The notes: generated from the letters alone by a model not told the origin. A stretch of DNA of 64,000 nucleotides from an uncultured delta proteobacterium (GCA_963711565.1 CAVQEQ010000004.1:576001-640000), one strand, 5' to 3'. Numbered from the stretch's first letter, positions 47,319 through 60,934 are shown. Made by a program: numbers and translations.

Positions 47319-47492
47319 ACAGTCACACTGAGAGTTAAGTTTGAACGGTACGGAGAGTCAAGCTTGAACGCCAGGACTGAATTGAAGTCTTCAACTGGCG
47401 CATCGACTCCGTGCGAGGTAGATAGAGATGTGCGGTTTGCTAAAGAAACGAGGGCGGAGTACCGCGTCTGACCGTCGCCTGAGCTCCCGCTG

Positions 47493-48422
47493 ATGCCGCT
47501 CGTCTCCGTAATAATTCCGGTTTACAACGGCGCCGCGACGATCGGTCGTGCGCTCAAGAGCGTCTTCGATCAAACTTTCACCGATTACGAAATCGTTGTC
47601 TGCGACGACGGCTCGACCGACGACACTTCCGCGCTGCTGGCGGGATACGGCGATCGAATCCGGGTGCTCCGGCAGGCCAACCGTGGGTTCCCCGCTGCGC
47701 GCAACGCCGCCGTCGCTGCCAGCCGTGGCGAGTTGATCGCCCTGATAGATCACGACGACCAATGGCTCCCGCGAAAGCTCGAGGTTCAGGTCGCCGCTCT
47801 TCAAAATGACCGCGGCGCCGTGCTCGTGTACTCGGACGTGACTGTGGTCAACGAAGCGGGCGACGAGTCGCGCGCCTCGCCGGTCGCGGCCGCCACCGCG
47901 CACGCGCCCTCGATGGACGAGATGCTCGCGCGGCTGTGGCCGATCATGCCGAGCACGGTCGTGATGCGGCGTGACGCCTTCGACCGCACGGGTGGATTCT
48001 GCGAGAGCCTTGGCCAGGACCTGGATTTCTGGCCGCTGATCCGGGAGCAGGGCGGCTTCATCTACCTGCCCGATCGCCTGGTGCGGTTCACCTTCGGCCA
48101 GCTCTATCCGAAAGTCCTCAAGCGGGACTTCGGTCCGGATGGGTTTGTCGATTTAATTCGCTCCCGCTACGGCGCGCGCGCCGACGGGCTGGTCGCGGAC
48201 TTCATCCGGCACCGGGTGCGGATGATCGCCAACGCCGGCGTGATCGAGATGAGCCGCGGCAACATGGAAGGCGCGCGCCAATGCTTCATCCGGGTGCTGA
48301 AGTACGATCCGCGCCACGTGAAAAGTTATTTGCGCATCGCGCGAACCTACCTGCCCGCACCAATCCGGCGCGCGCTGGGAGGTAAAGCCTCGCGCGAACA
48401 TCGCATTGTCGGAGAAGAATAG
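47493..48422 (+). CDS. Glycosyltransferase family 2
   Basis: VSVIIPVYN, DDGSTD, ARNAA, LIDHDD. Confidence 0.92.
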   Translation: MPLVSVIIPVYNGAATIGRALKSVFDQTFTDYEIVVCDDGSTDDTSALLAGYGDRIRVLRQANRGFPAARNAAVAASRGELIALIDHDDQWLPRKLEVQVAALQNDRGAVLVYSDVTVVNEAGDESRASPVAAATAHAPSMDEMLARLWPIMPSTVVMRRDAFDRTGGFCESLGQDLDFWPLIREQGGFIYLPDRLVRFTFGQLYPKVLKRDFGPDGFVDLIRSRYGARADGLVADFIRHRVRMIANAGVIEMSRGNMEGARQCFIRVLKYDPRHVKSYLRIARTYLPAPIRRALGGKASREHRIVGEE

Positions 48423-48677
48423 CCTCCCCTTGTCCGAGGGGAGGTCGCCGCGCGCCGAAGGAGCGCGGCGGGAGAGGTGCAACGCTGGCCGGTGCGACCG
48501 CGCTTGCTGTTTGTAGCTTGAAGCCAGCAGGTGGTGCCGCTGTCCGGCGGCGGCTTGTGCGTCTAGCAATTGTGGTTAGACGAGCCGGGCGGGGTGCGAT
48601 GTCGAGCGTTGCACCCCACCCGGCGACACCGCGTTTCACGCGGCTTACGCCGACCTCCCCTCGGACAAGGGGAGGTT
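48423..48677. repeat. REPIN/MITE-like element: inverted pair of palindromic arms
   Basis: Left arm CCTCCCCTTGTCCGAGGGGAGGTCG...GGTGCAACGCT; right arm AGCGTTGCACC...CGACCTCCCCTCGGACAAGGGGAGG; lies between convergent genes. Confidence 0.8.
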
Positions 48678-48709
48678 AGGATTCGGACCGAGGAGCGCTT
48701 CCTGCACGC

Positions 48710-49999
<1,290 letters not shown>

Positions 50000-50962
50000 T
50001 TATTCCTGATACGCGCGATCAGATCGAGCGCGGCGCGCCTTGCCGCCGGACAGGCTCCGCGCCAGCCGATGCGGCAAAAACGTGCGCATCCAGCGCAGGT
50101 AGTTCTTGAGCCGGTATGGATCGACCCTGATAGCGCGCGCAAACGCCGCCCGCGCGCGCGGACGGTCGCCGTCGCGCAGCGCCTTGAGGCCGATCGTCGC
50201 GAGGATACTGCGCGGCGCCCGCATGCGCGCATCGACCAGCGGCGCCGCCGAAACGCCGTAGCGCTCCTGCAAGTACGCCTCGAAAACGTGCAACGCCTTC
50301 GAGTAGTCGGGGAGCCGCTTGAGCTGCTTCGGAAACCATGCGAACCGCCACGTGATCAGCGGCTCGTCGATATAGCCGAACGGCCCCTGCTCGCGCATCT
50401 TGATCCAGAAATCTGTGTCCTCGAAGCGGAAGCTCGCGCCCTTCAACGCGTCGCGATAGCCGCCACATGCTTCGTACGCCGAGCGACGGACCAGGGCAGC
50501 GCTCGGCATGATCGGCCACAGCTGCGTCAGCAGTTCCTTCAGTGACGGCGCATGATTGAAGCCCTTGCCCACCAGCGAGGTGTCGAGCGCGACGCTCTCG
50601 CTGTCAGCCAGGGCGCAATTGCAGTACACGAGTGACAGCACAGGGTCACTGTCGAGCGCCGCCGCGCTACGCTCGAGGAATTGCGGCGCCCAGACGTCGT
50701 CGGCGTCGAGGAAGGCGAGGTACTCGCCCGACGAATTGCGCGCGCCATTGTTGCGTCCGGCAGCCGGCCCACTGTTGGGTTGCTCGATCAGGCGCACTCG
50801 GTCACCGAACTGTTTAATGATTGTGACAGTCGGGTCGGTCGAGCCGTCATCGACGCAGATTATTTCGAAATCCTGGAGGGTCTGGGCGAGCACGCTCTCG
50901 ACCGTGCTGGCGATAGTCGCGGCCGCATTGTAAGCGGGAATAATTACAGAAACGCGAGGCAC
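50000..50962 (-). CDS. Glycosyltransferase family 2
   Basis: VSVIIPAYN, DDGSTD, GRNNG, AFLDADD; WPIMPS shared with the GT2 at 47493. Confidence 0.92.
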   Translation of the reverse strand: MPRVSVIIPAYNAAATIASTVESVLAQTLQDFEIICVDDGSTDPTVTIIKQFGDRVRLIEQPNSGPAAGRNNGARNSSGEYLAFLDADDVWAPQFLERSAAALDSDPVLSLVYCNCALADSESVALDTSLVGKGFNHAPSLKELLTQLWPIMPSAALVRRSAYEACGGYRDALKGASFRFEDTDFWIKMREQGPFGYIDEPLITWRFAWFPKQLKRLPDYSKALHVFEAYLQERYGVSAAPLVDARMRAPRSILATIGLKALRDGDRPRARAAFARAIRVDPYRLKNYLRWMRTFLPHRLARSLSGGKARRARSDRAYQE

Positions 50963-51079
50963 GATTTGATCGGACTCGGACGGAAGCCCTCGCGACAGGT
51001 TACACGGCTGGGGGCAGCCTGCTCAACGGGCACGAGCCGAAGGAGAGCGACGGGCGAGGTGGACCGCGGGCAGGTGCGA

Positions 51080-51320
51080 CCGCATGTAGTTGTGCTGCTA
51101 TCGGGCGGCGGCGTTGGTGTCTCTGCATTTGCGATTAGACGAGTGGGAGTGGTGACCTGTCAGGCGTTGCACCCCACCCGCCGCGCTCCTTTGGCGCGCG
51201 GCGACCTCCCCTCGGACAAGGGGAGGTTAGGATTGGCGCGACCCACGTCGCTTCTTGACGCTGGGTGCAGGGGTCACCCCTGCCCAAGGAAGTGTGAAAC
51301 CCAAGGTGGGTTTCACATTC
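51080..51320. repeat. Second partial copy of the 48.4-48.7 kb element plus additional hairpins
   Basis: GCGTTGCACCCCACCCG...CGACCTCCCCTCGGACAAGGGGAGGTTAGGATT matches about 48607-48683, with weaker similarity further upstream; hairpins GCAGGGG-TCA-CCCCTGC and GTGAAACCC-AAGGT-GGGTTTCAC follow. Confidence 0.75.
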
Positions 51321-51338
51321 GATTGATTCCTGCTCGGC

Positions 51339-52523
51339 CTACGCGCGGCGGGCGGTTGGCTTGCGGAATGTCCGATACGTACGGCCTTCGGCCAGGCCGA
51401 ACCTGTTCAGCATCCGGTAGACCGTGTAGCGCGATACACCCAGCAGCTCGGCTGCGCGATGGCAATTGCCCTCGGTCGCCTGCAACGCCCGAATCAGCGC
51501 GAGCTTTGAAGCCTCACGGATTACGGCGTCGAGCGAGTAGGGCCACTCCTTTGCGGCGCTGTCGCCCGCGCCCTCAACCAGGTCGAGCGCGCCATTTGGG
51601 AGTATCGCATCGACCGGCACGCCGACGGCTTCCGGGGTCGCATCGTCGTGCTGAAAGGGTAGGTCGTCGATATCAATCCGGTCGGTCTCGGTCATCAGGA
51701 CCGCGCTCTCGATAGCATGGCCGAGTTCGCGCACGTTACCGAGCCATTGATTGGCGCATAACGCGTCAAGGGCGGCGCGCGATACTTCTTTTACGTTCTT
51801 GCCGAACAGCCGGTTGTAGTGCTCGATAAAATGGGCGACGAATGCCGGGATTGCCTCACTCCGTTCGCGAAGCGGCGGAACCACGATCGCTGCCGCGTTA
51901 AGCCGGTAGTACAGATCGTCGCGAAATTGACCCGCCTTGACCATCGCACGCAGGTCACGATTGGTGGCAGCCACCAGCCGAATATCAACCGAGTAGCAGC
52001 GCGACGAACCGACCGGCTGGATCTCATGAGTCTCGACCGCGCGCAACAGCTTGGGCTGCAGGCGCAGCGGGAGCTCGCCGATTTCGTCCAGGAAAAGCGT
52101 TCCGCCGTTCGCCGAACGGAAATAGCCAAGCGAATCTTCGCGGGCGTCGGTGAAAGCGCCGCGCACGTGGCCGAAGAGCTGCGATTCCGCCAGCGTATCG
52201 ACCAGGTTCGAGCAATTGAAGGTCACGAACGGGCCGCCTGGTGCCGAGCCCAGCGTATGCAGCGCTCGGGCTACGAGCTCCTTGCCGGTCCCGGATTCGC
52301 CGTGAATCAGGACGGTTGCTTTGTATGGACTCAAGCGTGAAATGGTTTTCAGTAGCTTGCGCACTTGCGCCGACCGCACCACCATCCCACCAACCCGCTC
52401 CGACCCATGCGCAAGATGCTCGAGGCTGAACCACTCGCACGCGGCTGCCGCTGGTTCGGCGCGAAGATTATTCATCGCAGCCGCGACCGGCGTTCCGTTC
52501 GCCGAGTACTCTTGAAGGCGCAT
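51339..52523 (-). CDS. Sigma54-dependent enhancer-binding protein (AAA+ plus Fis HTH) lacking a receiver/sensor domain
   Basis: HGESGTGKE, ESQLFGHVRGAFTDA, LFLDEIGE, LVAATNRDL, FRDDLYYRL, GNVREL; C-terminal GNCHRAAELLGVSRYTVYR. Confidence 0.92.
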   Translation of the reverse strand: MRLQEYSANGTPVAAAMNNLRAEPAAAACEWFSLEHLAHGSERVGGMVVRSAQVRKLLKTISRLSPYKATVLIHGESGTGKELVARALHTLGSAPGGPFVTFNCSNLVDTLAESQLFGHVRGAFTDAREDSLGYFRSANGGTLFLDEIGELPLRLQPKLLRAVETHEIQPVGSSRCYSVDIRLVAATNRDLRAMVKAGQFRDDLYYRLNAAAIVVPPLRERSEAIPAFVAHFIEHYNRLFGKNVKEVSRAALDALCANQWLGNVRELGHAIESAVLMTETDRIDIDDLPFQHDDATPEAVGVPVDAILPNGALDLVEGAGDSAAKEWPYSLDAVIREASKLALIRALQATEGNCHRAAELLGVSRYTVYRMLNRFGLAEGRTYRTFRKPTARRA

Positions 52524-52998
52524 CTTTAGGTTCCTTCTCTGCCGCTATAACTTCGACCCTACATCTAGTTATAAAATCTGCTCTACTAGTTGTAGGATTT
52601 TGGATATAATCGAGCGATGCCTCGTGTGTCAAGCCGTTGTGCGCAGATTTTACCGGCTGTCTTTAGCAAACGCGAGTCCCTTCGTGTCTTGTCATCGCCG
52701 CTATCCCAGTGAACAGCAGGGCGCCATGATGACGAGGTTTGGCGGCAAATGATAGTCCCTCTCCCCGGCCTGCGATCTCGCCTGATGGCGGCGGCACTCT
52801 CGACGTTAACCGGCTGAAAAATCGAGCTTTCCGGAACTTATCCACAACCCTGAATTAAGGTGCCGTGCCGGCGGATACCGGGATCAGGCGATGGTATCCC
52901 GAAGATGAGATCTATCGTAGTGCCCTCCAAATGTGCAGCGCAAGCGGGTTCTCGATAGTCGGGCGCGCCCACGATTGCTATTAGTTACACGGGAGGGA

Positions 52999-53391
52999 AT
53001 GAAGATGAGGATCGCCGTTATCGTCGTTCGCGTCCTGCTGGGCCTGTTATTCTTTGTCTTCGGACTGAACGGCTTCCTGCATTTCATGCCTAATCCGCCG
53101 CCAACTCCGGCCGCGGGCGCATTTTTCGGCGCGCTGATCGCCACCCACTACATGTTCTTTTTGATTTTCGGAACGCAGGTCGTGGGCGGCGCGCTGTTAT
53201 TGATCGGCGTAGCGGTGCCGTTCGCACTCGTGCTCCTCGCGCCGGTCGTCGTGAACATCCTCTTCTTCCACATCTTCCTGTCGCCGGATCTTTTGCCGAT
53301 GGCGCTCCTAGTGGCCGCTCTCGAGCTATTCCTCGCGTGGTACTATCGCGCCGCGTTCGCACCGCTGTTCGGTGGTGCTGTGCGCACTTGA
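52999..53391 (+). CDS. DoxX-like small membrane protein
   Basis: RVLLGLLFFVFGLNGF...GGALLL...LAPVVVNILFFH. Confidence 0.8.
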   Translation: MKMRIAVIVVRVLLGLLFFVFGLNGFLHFMPNPPPTPAAGAFFGALIATHYMFFLIFGTQVVGGALLLIGVAVPFALVLLAPVVVNILFFHIFLSPDLLPMALLVAALELFLAWYYRAAFAPLFGGAVRT

Positions 53392-53459
53392 TTGGCCGGC
53401 GGCGCGCCCGTCTATTTCCAACGCTTTGAATTACCTGTAAGCATTGGAACCACTCAGGC

Positions 53460-53535
53460 GAGCCGGTAGCTCAGGTGGTAGAGCATGTGACTTTTAATCA
53501 CAGGGTCCCGGGTTCAAGTCCCGGCCGGCTCACCA
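53460..53535 (+). tRNA. tRNA-Lys (TTT)
   Basis: GAGCCGG/CCGGCTC acceptor stem, TGTGA-CTTTTAA-TCACA anticodon arm, CCGGG-TTCAAGT-CCCGG T-arm, ACCA end. Confidence 0.97.
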
Positions 53536-53556
53536 GTAAATCTTGGAGTTTGGTCC

Positions 53557-55389
<1,833 letters not shown>

Positions 55390-55509
55390 AGGGTTCGTCC
55401 CAGACACGGCCCTCGGGCATTTGAGCAGTTCGACTAGTCGCTAAGAAGGCGGGGGGCCAATTTTGTGGTGCCATCCGAAAGTTCCGTGATTGTAATACAA
55501 TGAACAATT

Positions 55510-56499
55510 ATGTCAGTACGGGCGTCGATTCTTAGTGTGGCGATTTGCGCCGCATTGGCGATTCCATCGGGACGCGTTGCGTTCGCGCAGAGCTTCGGTG
55601 GTTCACCCCCGTGGGGGCCTGAAAAGCCCATACTGATCAGGGGCGAACTGCGCCAAGGCCAGACATTCGAGTACCCAATTGGGAACGGGTTATCGCTGAC
55701 GCTGACGCCGAATGACCAATGGGAGCTTGGTGTCGCTCCTTCAGGCGGTGGCGATGACTATTCAGGGTGTGTGAACGAGCCTGTTTACGGGCCAAAGGCG
55801 AGCGAGATCATGGCATGGCACTTCCAACCCAAAAACGCCCAAATCACACCTGGAGGTGTCGGACAGAAACGCTGGTTCGACTTCGTGCTTAGTTCCGAGG
55901 ATAACACAACGGAGTGTAATAACCTCGATATCGGATTGCACGGGAGGACAGAGAGGGAAAAGGAGAGTGCCTTGTCTGAGTGGGGAACTCACGTTAGTGG
56001 CAGATGCTGGTTCCGACCCGTCAGCGTCAAATTGAGTGATGGGCCGCTGAATCAGCAGGTCATCGAGTCAATGAAGTTTGAAGCGGAATGTGCTCTGCAC
56101 GGTGCATTGGAACTGTGGCGGCTGCCTGCCACCTATGTGATCGCCGACGGGTTCACCGGCTGGGTGACCGTCTACTACCGGCAAAAAGGCCAGCCTGAAT
56201 TGCCTCGAAGGAGCGATAGATACCTCGTCGAGATTGGCAAGCTAGCTGCCGTGTACACTTCATCGGATTTGCGGGAAGATTCTCGCGGGGCTAAATACGC
56301 GTCGAAAGATGGCAAGGGTTATGCGACGCACGGGCACGACCAAATGATCTGGGGATGGGAGGTCGGCGATGCGGAGTCGTGTTCCCCATACCAGAGTTTT
56401 TTCGTCGGGACGGGTGAGCAGTACCGCAAGAGTGGTCCAAACCCAGTCCTAGAGAACCCTGAGTGGGACTGCTCTAAAGTGATGCGGGTTGAACGGTAG
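55510..56499 (+). CDS. Exported hypothetical protein, possible DUF6843-like C-terminal domain
   Basis: Signal peptide; C-terminal YVIADGFTGWVTVYY...GQPELP...SFFVGT. Confidence 0.6.
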   Translation: MSVRASILSVAICAALAIPSGRVAFAQSFGGSPPWGPEKPILIRGELRQGQTFEYPIGNGLSLTLTPNDQWELGVAPSGGGDDYSGCVNEPVYGPKASEIMAWHFQPKNAQITPGGVGQKRWFDFVLSSEDNTTECNNLDIGLHGRTEREKESALSEWGTHVSGRCWFRPVSVKLSDGPLNQQVIESMKFEAECALHGALELWRLPATYVIADGFTGWVTVYYRQKGQPELPRRSDRYLVEIGKLAAVYTSSDLREDSRGAKYASKDGKGYATHGHDQMIWGWEVGDAESCSPYQSFFVGTGEQYRKSGPNPVLENPEWDCSKVMRVER

Positions 56500-56681
56500 C
56501 TCTCTGAGTCTCATCTTTGTTCGCGATCCCGTTGCCTTCTGAAAGGCGGCGATATCGGTTTATTTGTTCTTCGACGGCTCATCCTTGATTGTGCAGATCA
56601 AGCAACTTCAGAACGCACGTGGCGTTTTCAAAGGGTATAAACAGGACGCTGGTCAACTAGTGGAGGGCGGAGCAACCGACG

Positions 56682-57038
56682 ATGGTTAAGAGCGATTTCA
56701 TGAACTGGCTGGATCGCGAGACCGCGCGGCGCGGAATCGACGAGAAGGAAATCGCCGCACTCGTCGACCAGATGATGGTCGAGGATCAGCTTACCGCATT
56801 GCGTCTCAAGCGCGGCATCTCTCAAGCTACCTTGGCCCGCTGGATGGGCGTCAAGCAACCGCTGGTCGCTCGTATCGAATCCGGTGGCGTGAAAAATCTG
56901 ACGCTGGCTACCATAGCGCGCACCGCTGCCGCTCTAGGCGGGCGGATTCAACTCACGATTCGCCCGATGAGACGAGCGCGTCGCACGGTACGACCCGCGC
57001 CGGCTCGCAAAATTCGCCGCAGTCAGACATCGATCTAG
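56682..57038 (+). CDS. XRE/HigA-like antitoxin-type HTH protein
   Basis: LTALRLKRGISQATLARWMGVKQPLVARIESG...LTLATIARTAAALG. Confidence 0.85.
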   Translation: MVKSDFMNWLDRETARRGIDEKEIAALVDQMMVEDQLTALRLKRGISQATLARWMGVKQPLVARIESGGVKNLTLATIARTAAALGGRIQLTIRPMRRARRTVRPAPARKIRRSQTSI

Positions 57039-57071
57039 TATCCCGTCCCATAAATGACTTGAAGAACAAAG

Positions 57072-57198
57072 CCCTAACCCCTGACCCCTTCCCCAGAAAG
57101 AATGGGGAAGGGGAACAGGAAACATCCTCTGGGGAATGCCGGCGTGCTTGCCGTTATCCTATCCCCCTAGCCCCCTTTCCAGGCGGGAAAGGGGGAAC
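57072..57198. repeat. Two REP-like palindromes in tandem
   Basis: CCCTAACCCCTGA-CCCCTTCCCC-N-GGGGAAGGGG-AAC and CCTATCCCCCTAG-CCCCCTTTCC-N-GGAAAGGGGG-AAC. Confidence 0.7.
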
Positions 57199-57271
57199 CG
57201 GATCAGAGAGTGCCGCCTCTGATCTTGCGAGAACGAACCAGAACTTTTTGAAGATATTTGCGGATACTACA

Positions 57272-58570
57272 CTAGCTGCCTCGATCACCACACTCGTCAG
57301 GACCGGAGCTTTGCGGAGCGCTCCGCAGGAGGCGCGGGCCGTATTGTAGCGCCATCCGGAACGGCCGGATGACCCAGTAGAGCGGGAACAGCAATTTGGG
57401 CAGCCGGATGAGTTCATAGTCGCCCATCGTCGGCGCCAGCATCCGGCGGACGACGTAGTTCATTCGCGCGCGCGTGCCTTCGATCGAGCGGAGCGGAACC
57501 ATCCACGGATCGAAGCGCGACTGTCCGGCCCCGGTTCCGCTGAACAGCCGGCTCGCGACGCGCCTTGATAACGATTCCACGGCGCGGTCTCGGCGAGCTA
57601 TCGCGACGACATCGTCCGGAATGGGCCCGCCGACCAGATCGTGCGCCAGGAGGATGCCGGTCAGGAACATCCTGCGGCTGCCGAGCGCGGTCGCCTCGTC
57701 GAGCGTCGCCATCAGATCGATTGCCGGCCGCGCGCGAATAGTTTCCGCCACGTCGCAAATCGATCCGAGCTTGACCCATCCATGCTTTGCGGCGTGGACG
57801 CAGATGTACAGCAGCGAGTCTTCCGGCGCGATAGCGGTAACGGCGCCGAACTCGAGTTCAACCGGTTGCGCGCGCCGCCAGAAGGATTCCTCGGCCGGGG
57901 CAAAGCGGAACGAGCGCGGCGTGATCTTCCAATGAACGTCCACGGCGCCCATCCCGCGAGCCGCAAAGAAGGCGTCCTCACACTCCTGGAAGTAGCCGGT
58001 CGCCAGTCCCTCGCGCCGGGTGTGTGGCGACAGATACCCCTCGACGGTGAGTATTTCGGCGACCCCCGGCAGATCCGGCTCGTGCACCAGGATATCCAGA
58101 TCGACGAACTGGCGCAGGTCGGTCGATCCGTACGCCATCGCGGCCAGCACTGGACCCTTGAAGGTGACCGCCTCGATTCCCGCCTGCTTCATCAGACCCA
58201 TCAGGCGCACGAGCTCGGCGATCAGATGGCCGTTGTAAAGCGCGACCAACTGCCACTGCGTTCGCATCTTTGCCATCGCCTCCGCCGGCGCTACGGCGGG
58301 GCATTCGAGACTCAGGTATCGGTGCACCAGCGGGAGAACCGCATGGCGTTTGGCGATATCGATGACGCCGTCCCAACTGCGCACGCGCGCCGCGAGAGCG
58401 GACGCCCGAGTCGTGCGCGCTGTTGTCGCTACAGTCGTCGCGCAGCACAACACCAGAGCCGCTTCGGGAGGCAAGTCGGAATGTTCGAGGAGAGCGTCGG
58501 ATCCCACTGAATTGTCACAGTAGTCCGAGGCGAAAGCGGGGCCAAGAGCGTTCGGCGCTCGTATCGACAC
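57272..58570 (-). CDS. Nucleotidyltransferase (NTP_transf_5-like), of the type found in lasso clusters
   Basis: W...AKRHAVLPL, FKGPVLA, LRQFVDLDILV, VDVHWK, YICVHAAKH.W..L..ICDV. Confidence 0.88.
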   Translation of the reverse strand: MSIRAPNALGPAFASDYCDNSVGSDALLEHSDLPPEAALVLCCATTVATTARTTRASALAARVRSWDGVIDIAKRHAVLPLVHRYLSLECPAVAPAEAMAKMRTQWQLVALYNGHLIAELVRLMGLMKQAGIEAVTFKGPVLAAMAYGSTDLRQFVDLDILVHEPDLPGVAEILTVEGYLSPHTRREGLATGYFQECEDAFFAARGMGAVDVHWKITPRSFRFAPAEESFWRRAQPVELEFGAVTAIAPEDSLLYICVHAAKHGWVKLGSICDVAETIRARPAIDLMATLDEATALGSRRMFLTGILLAHDLVGGPIPDDVVAIARRDRAVESLSRRVASRLFSGTGAGQSRFDPWMVPLRSIEGTRARMNYVVRRMLAPTMGDYELIRLPKLLFPLYWVIRPFRMALQYGPRLLRSAPQSSGPDECGDRGS

Positions 58571-58855
58571 TCGCCGGCGAGTCTGCAGCCGCGAGTCGAG
58601 CGGATAACAAACTGTAGGATTTTGCGTCTCTCGGCTCGTCTAACCATGAAATTCGAGTAAGAAAGTGCTCTATGGGGGTTATAAAACCGCTTGACGTAAA
58701 CAGGGCAAAGTGGAATGATGCCCGCTGCTAATAAACCACAGTCAAATCTGTCAGGGCACCTCTTAGACAAAGCGTTAAGATTAAGAGTTACCAAAACGTT
58801 ATTTTATTTGATTGGCAGTGATAAAACGAAAGAAAAGCGAAGGAGCTAACAAGAG

Positions 58856-59809
58856 ATGAAGGCAATTAAACGAGGTCTGTTAACTAGGATAGCGGTTCCT
58901 GGCGTATCGCTGCTTGCTTTGGTCGGGCTTGTTTTGAGTGGGCCGCAGGCGGCTTGGGCCAAGCACCATTCAAAAGACTCAGAAGATGGGCCTGATCCCA
59001 CGGCTGTCACGGCATGTGGGACGCTCTCCGGGGGCGATACGATCTACTATCTTACGGCTGACCTCACCGAGACCGGAACGGGCACTTGCATTACTCTGTC
59101 GGGCACCGGCAGCGCGTTGCTCCTCAATGGTCACACCATCTCGGGTCCGGGCGGCAGTTCGACCGGCGATGGCATCCATATCACGGGCACCTCGGATGTG
59201 ATCGAAGGGTTTAATGGTACCGTGCAGGGGTTTGAGATTGGGATCATCGATACCGGCGGCGGCAGTGTTGGCGACGACTTCAACGTCACAGATAATGTAA
59301 CCGGGCTGGAATTGAATTCGACCGCGACAACCAGGTTTGTAAACTTCAGTTCCTTTGATAACACTGGAAATGGGGTTCTTATCGATGATTGCGGCGAACA
59401 CTGCTCGGTTCTGGACTTTTCAAGTACCGACAATGGCGCCAACGGGGTGCTGATAGAAGGCAGCACCTTCCCCTTGGCCGATGTATTCGTCACTACGGGT
59501 AACACCGGTGCCGGAGTCTTCGTGGGCGGTACGGGGACTGGCCCCAGAAATACTCACGCCGTTATAGCTGACGCGTTTACCTCGGCGCCGGTCGGAGTCT
59601 CGGACAACACCTCGTATGGGATTGTGATAGGAACTAGTGACGCCACCTCCAACGACTTCGTGACGACCGTTGAGGCCGACGACAACCTCATAGATCTCTA
59701 CGACGAGAACTCCACCTGTGGCGATGATCTCTGGTTCAACAACAGCTTTACCTCTTCCAAGGCCGGCACGGTGACAAGTCCTGCCTGCATCGGCGGAATC
59801 GGAAGCTGA
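58856..59809 (+). CDS. Exported right-handed parallel beta-helix protein
   Basis: Signal peptide ending AAWA; YYLTADL...CITL...LLLNGHTISG and repeated DNxGxGV turns; AAGGAG RBS. Confidence 0.8.
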   Translation: MKAIKRGLLTRIAVPGVSLLALVGLVLSGPQAAWAKHHSKDSEDGPDPTAVTACGTLSGGDTIYYLTADLTETGTGTCITLSGTGSALLLNGHTISGPGGSSTGDGIHITGTSDVIEGFNGTVQGFEIGIIDTGGGSVGDDFNVTDNVTGLELNSTATTRFVNFSSFDNTGNGVLIDDCGEHCSVLDFSSTDNGANGVLIEGSTFPLADVFVTTGNTGAGVFVGGTGTGPRNTHAVIADAFTSAPVGVSDNTSYGIVIGTSDATSNDFVTTVEADDNLIDLYDENSTCGDDLWFNNSFTSSKAGTVTSPACIGGIGS

Positions 59810-59834
59810 GGCATCTTACTCGCTTTGCCGGAAG

Positions 59835-59863
59835 CCTCCGCGGATCCACGGGATCCGCGGAGG
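59835..59863. terminator. Strong hairpin between convergent genes (putative terminator)
   Basis: CCTCCGCGGATCC-ACG-GGATCCGCGGAGG, a 13-bp perfect stem. Confidence 0.55.
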
Positions 59864-59947
59864 ACCGGCCGACGAGATCGCTACCTGTCTGCTGACCGGC
59901 TTTTTGACCGATACCCACGAACAGAATTCTGAATCTTTGTGACTGGA

Positions 59948-60934
59948 CTACCGGGCCGGACGTTCGCTCAAATCGTGCAGGACGGCCTGTCTGACATCGG
60001 CGAGCGCGGAAAAATCGTCTGGCACGACCAGCCGCTTGACTCGCACTTGCTCCGCCACGCGAGAGAGGAAATGGAACTGCCGCTGCAGCATTGCGGTGTC
60101 CGTAGTATCGAACCTGTAGGCCGCCTTGACCAGTCCTATCAGCGCTTCCCCCGAAGCGAGTTCTTCGATCAGAACGCCGGCTGAGCGTTTGCCTGCTCGC
60201 CCGCGCTGGAGCAAATAGATGCGCGCGAGCCGGCGTGAAGTCGAGCAGAAGTCGGCGCGCCGGGAATAATCCCTTAGGCGAGATTTCGTCGTGTAGTGCG
60301 CGACCGGCTTCAGATTCCGTGAACTTGCGCCAAGCGCCCGCACTGAATCGTTCCACAGCCGCAAGCCCGGATAACCGGGCAGCGTCCTGATAGCCGCGCC
60401 GTCGGAAAGCGCGAGGCAATCATCGCAGACCAGCGGATAGCCCGAGAGGACGAAGCTGGCGGCGAGCGTAGATTTACCCGACCCTGCAGGCCCCGTGAAT
60501 GCACAGACGCCCCTGCGTGTTGCGACGGCAGTAGCATGCAGCGCCTCACTCCCGCGCAGGTTTACCACCAGCGGAAGCACCTGATCGATCAGAAGATGGC
60601 GGATTGTCTTCAAGCTGACGCCGGCGCGCGCGTTGCCGCAAATTACTTGGCGCCCGGCGTTGTCAATTACGAAGTCGGCGATATCAGAGAAGGAGAGTAC
60701 GTAACCGTCGGGAATCTTGCCGCAACGAAGCCACGTCTTGCCACCCGGCGGTCGCGAATGCCGGAACCATCGCGGATGGAGGCGTAAGAGTTCAGCGCGC
60801 TCGCCAAGAGTCGCGCGAACCGCAGACCCGACTGACGATACCCGGGGTGCCGAAAGCTCGAGAAGCGGAATGTCGGTAACGATTCGAAGCCCGTAGGCTT
60901 GCTGCTGGAAGGTGCGGATCCTCGTCTTACTCAA
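59948..60934 (-). CDS. HPr-kinase-like P-loop kinase (lasso-peptide kinase type)
   Basis: AYGLRI, LHATAV, GPAGSGKSTLA, VCDDCL, PGLRLW. Confidence 0.85.
   Translation of the reverse strand: MSKTRIRTFQQQAYGLRIVTDIPLLELSAPRVSSVGSAVRATLGERAELLRLHPRWFRHSRPPGGKTWLRCGKIPDGYVLSFSDIADFVIDNAGRQVICGNARAGVSLKTIRHLLIDQVLPLVVNLRGSEALHATAVATRRGVCAFTGPAGSGKSTLAASFVLSGYPLVCDDCLALSDGAAIRTLPGYPGLRLWNDSVRALGASSRNLKPVAHYTTKSRLRDYSRRADFCSTSRRLARIYLLQRGRAGKRSAGVLIEELASGEALIGLVKAAYRFDTTDTAMLQRQFHFLSRVAEQVRVKRLVVPDDFSALADVRQAVLHDLSERPAR

Noticed and set aside
52838-52846. Perfect DnaA box TTATCCACA
   Set aside because: A single box with no cluster, AT-rich unwinding element or dnaA nearby; not enough to call oriC.
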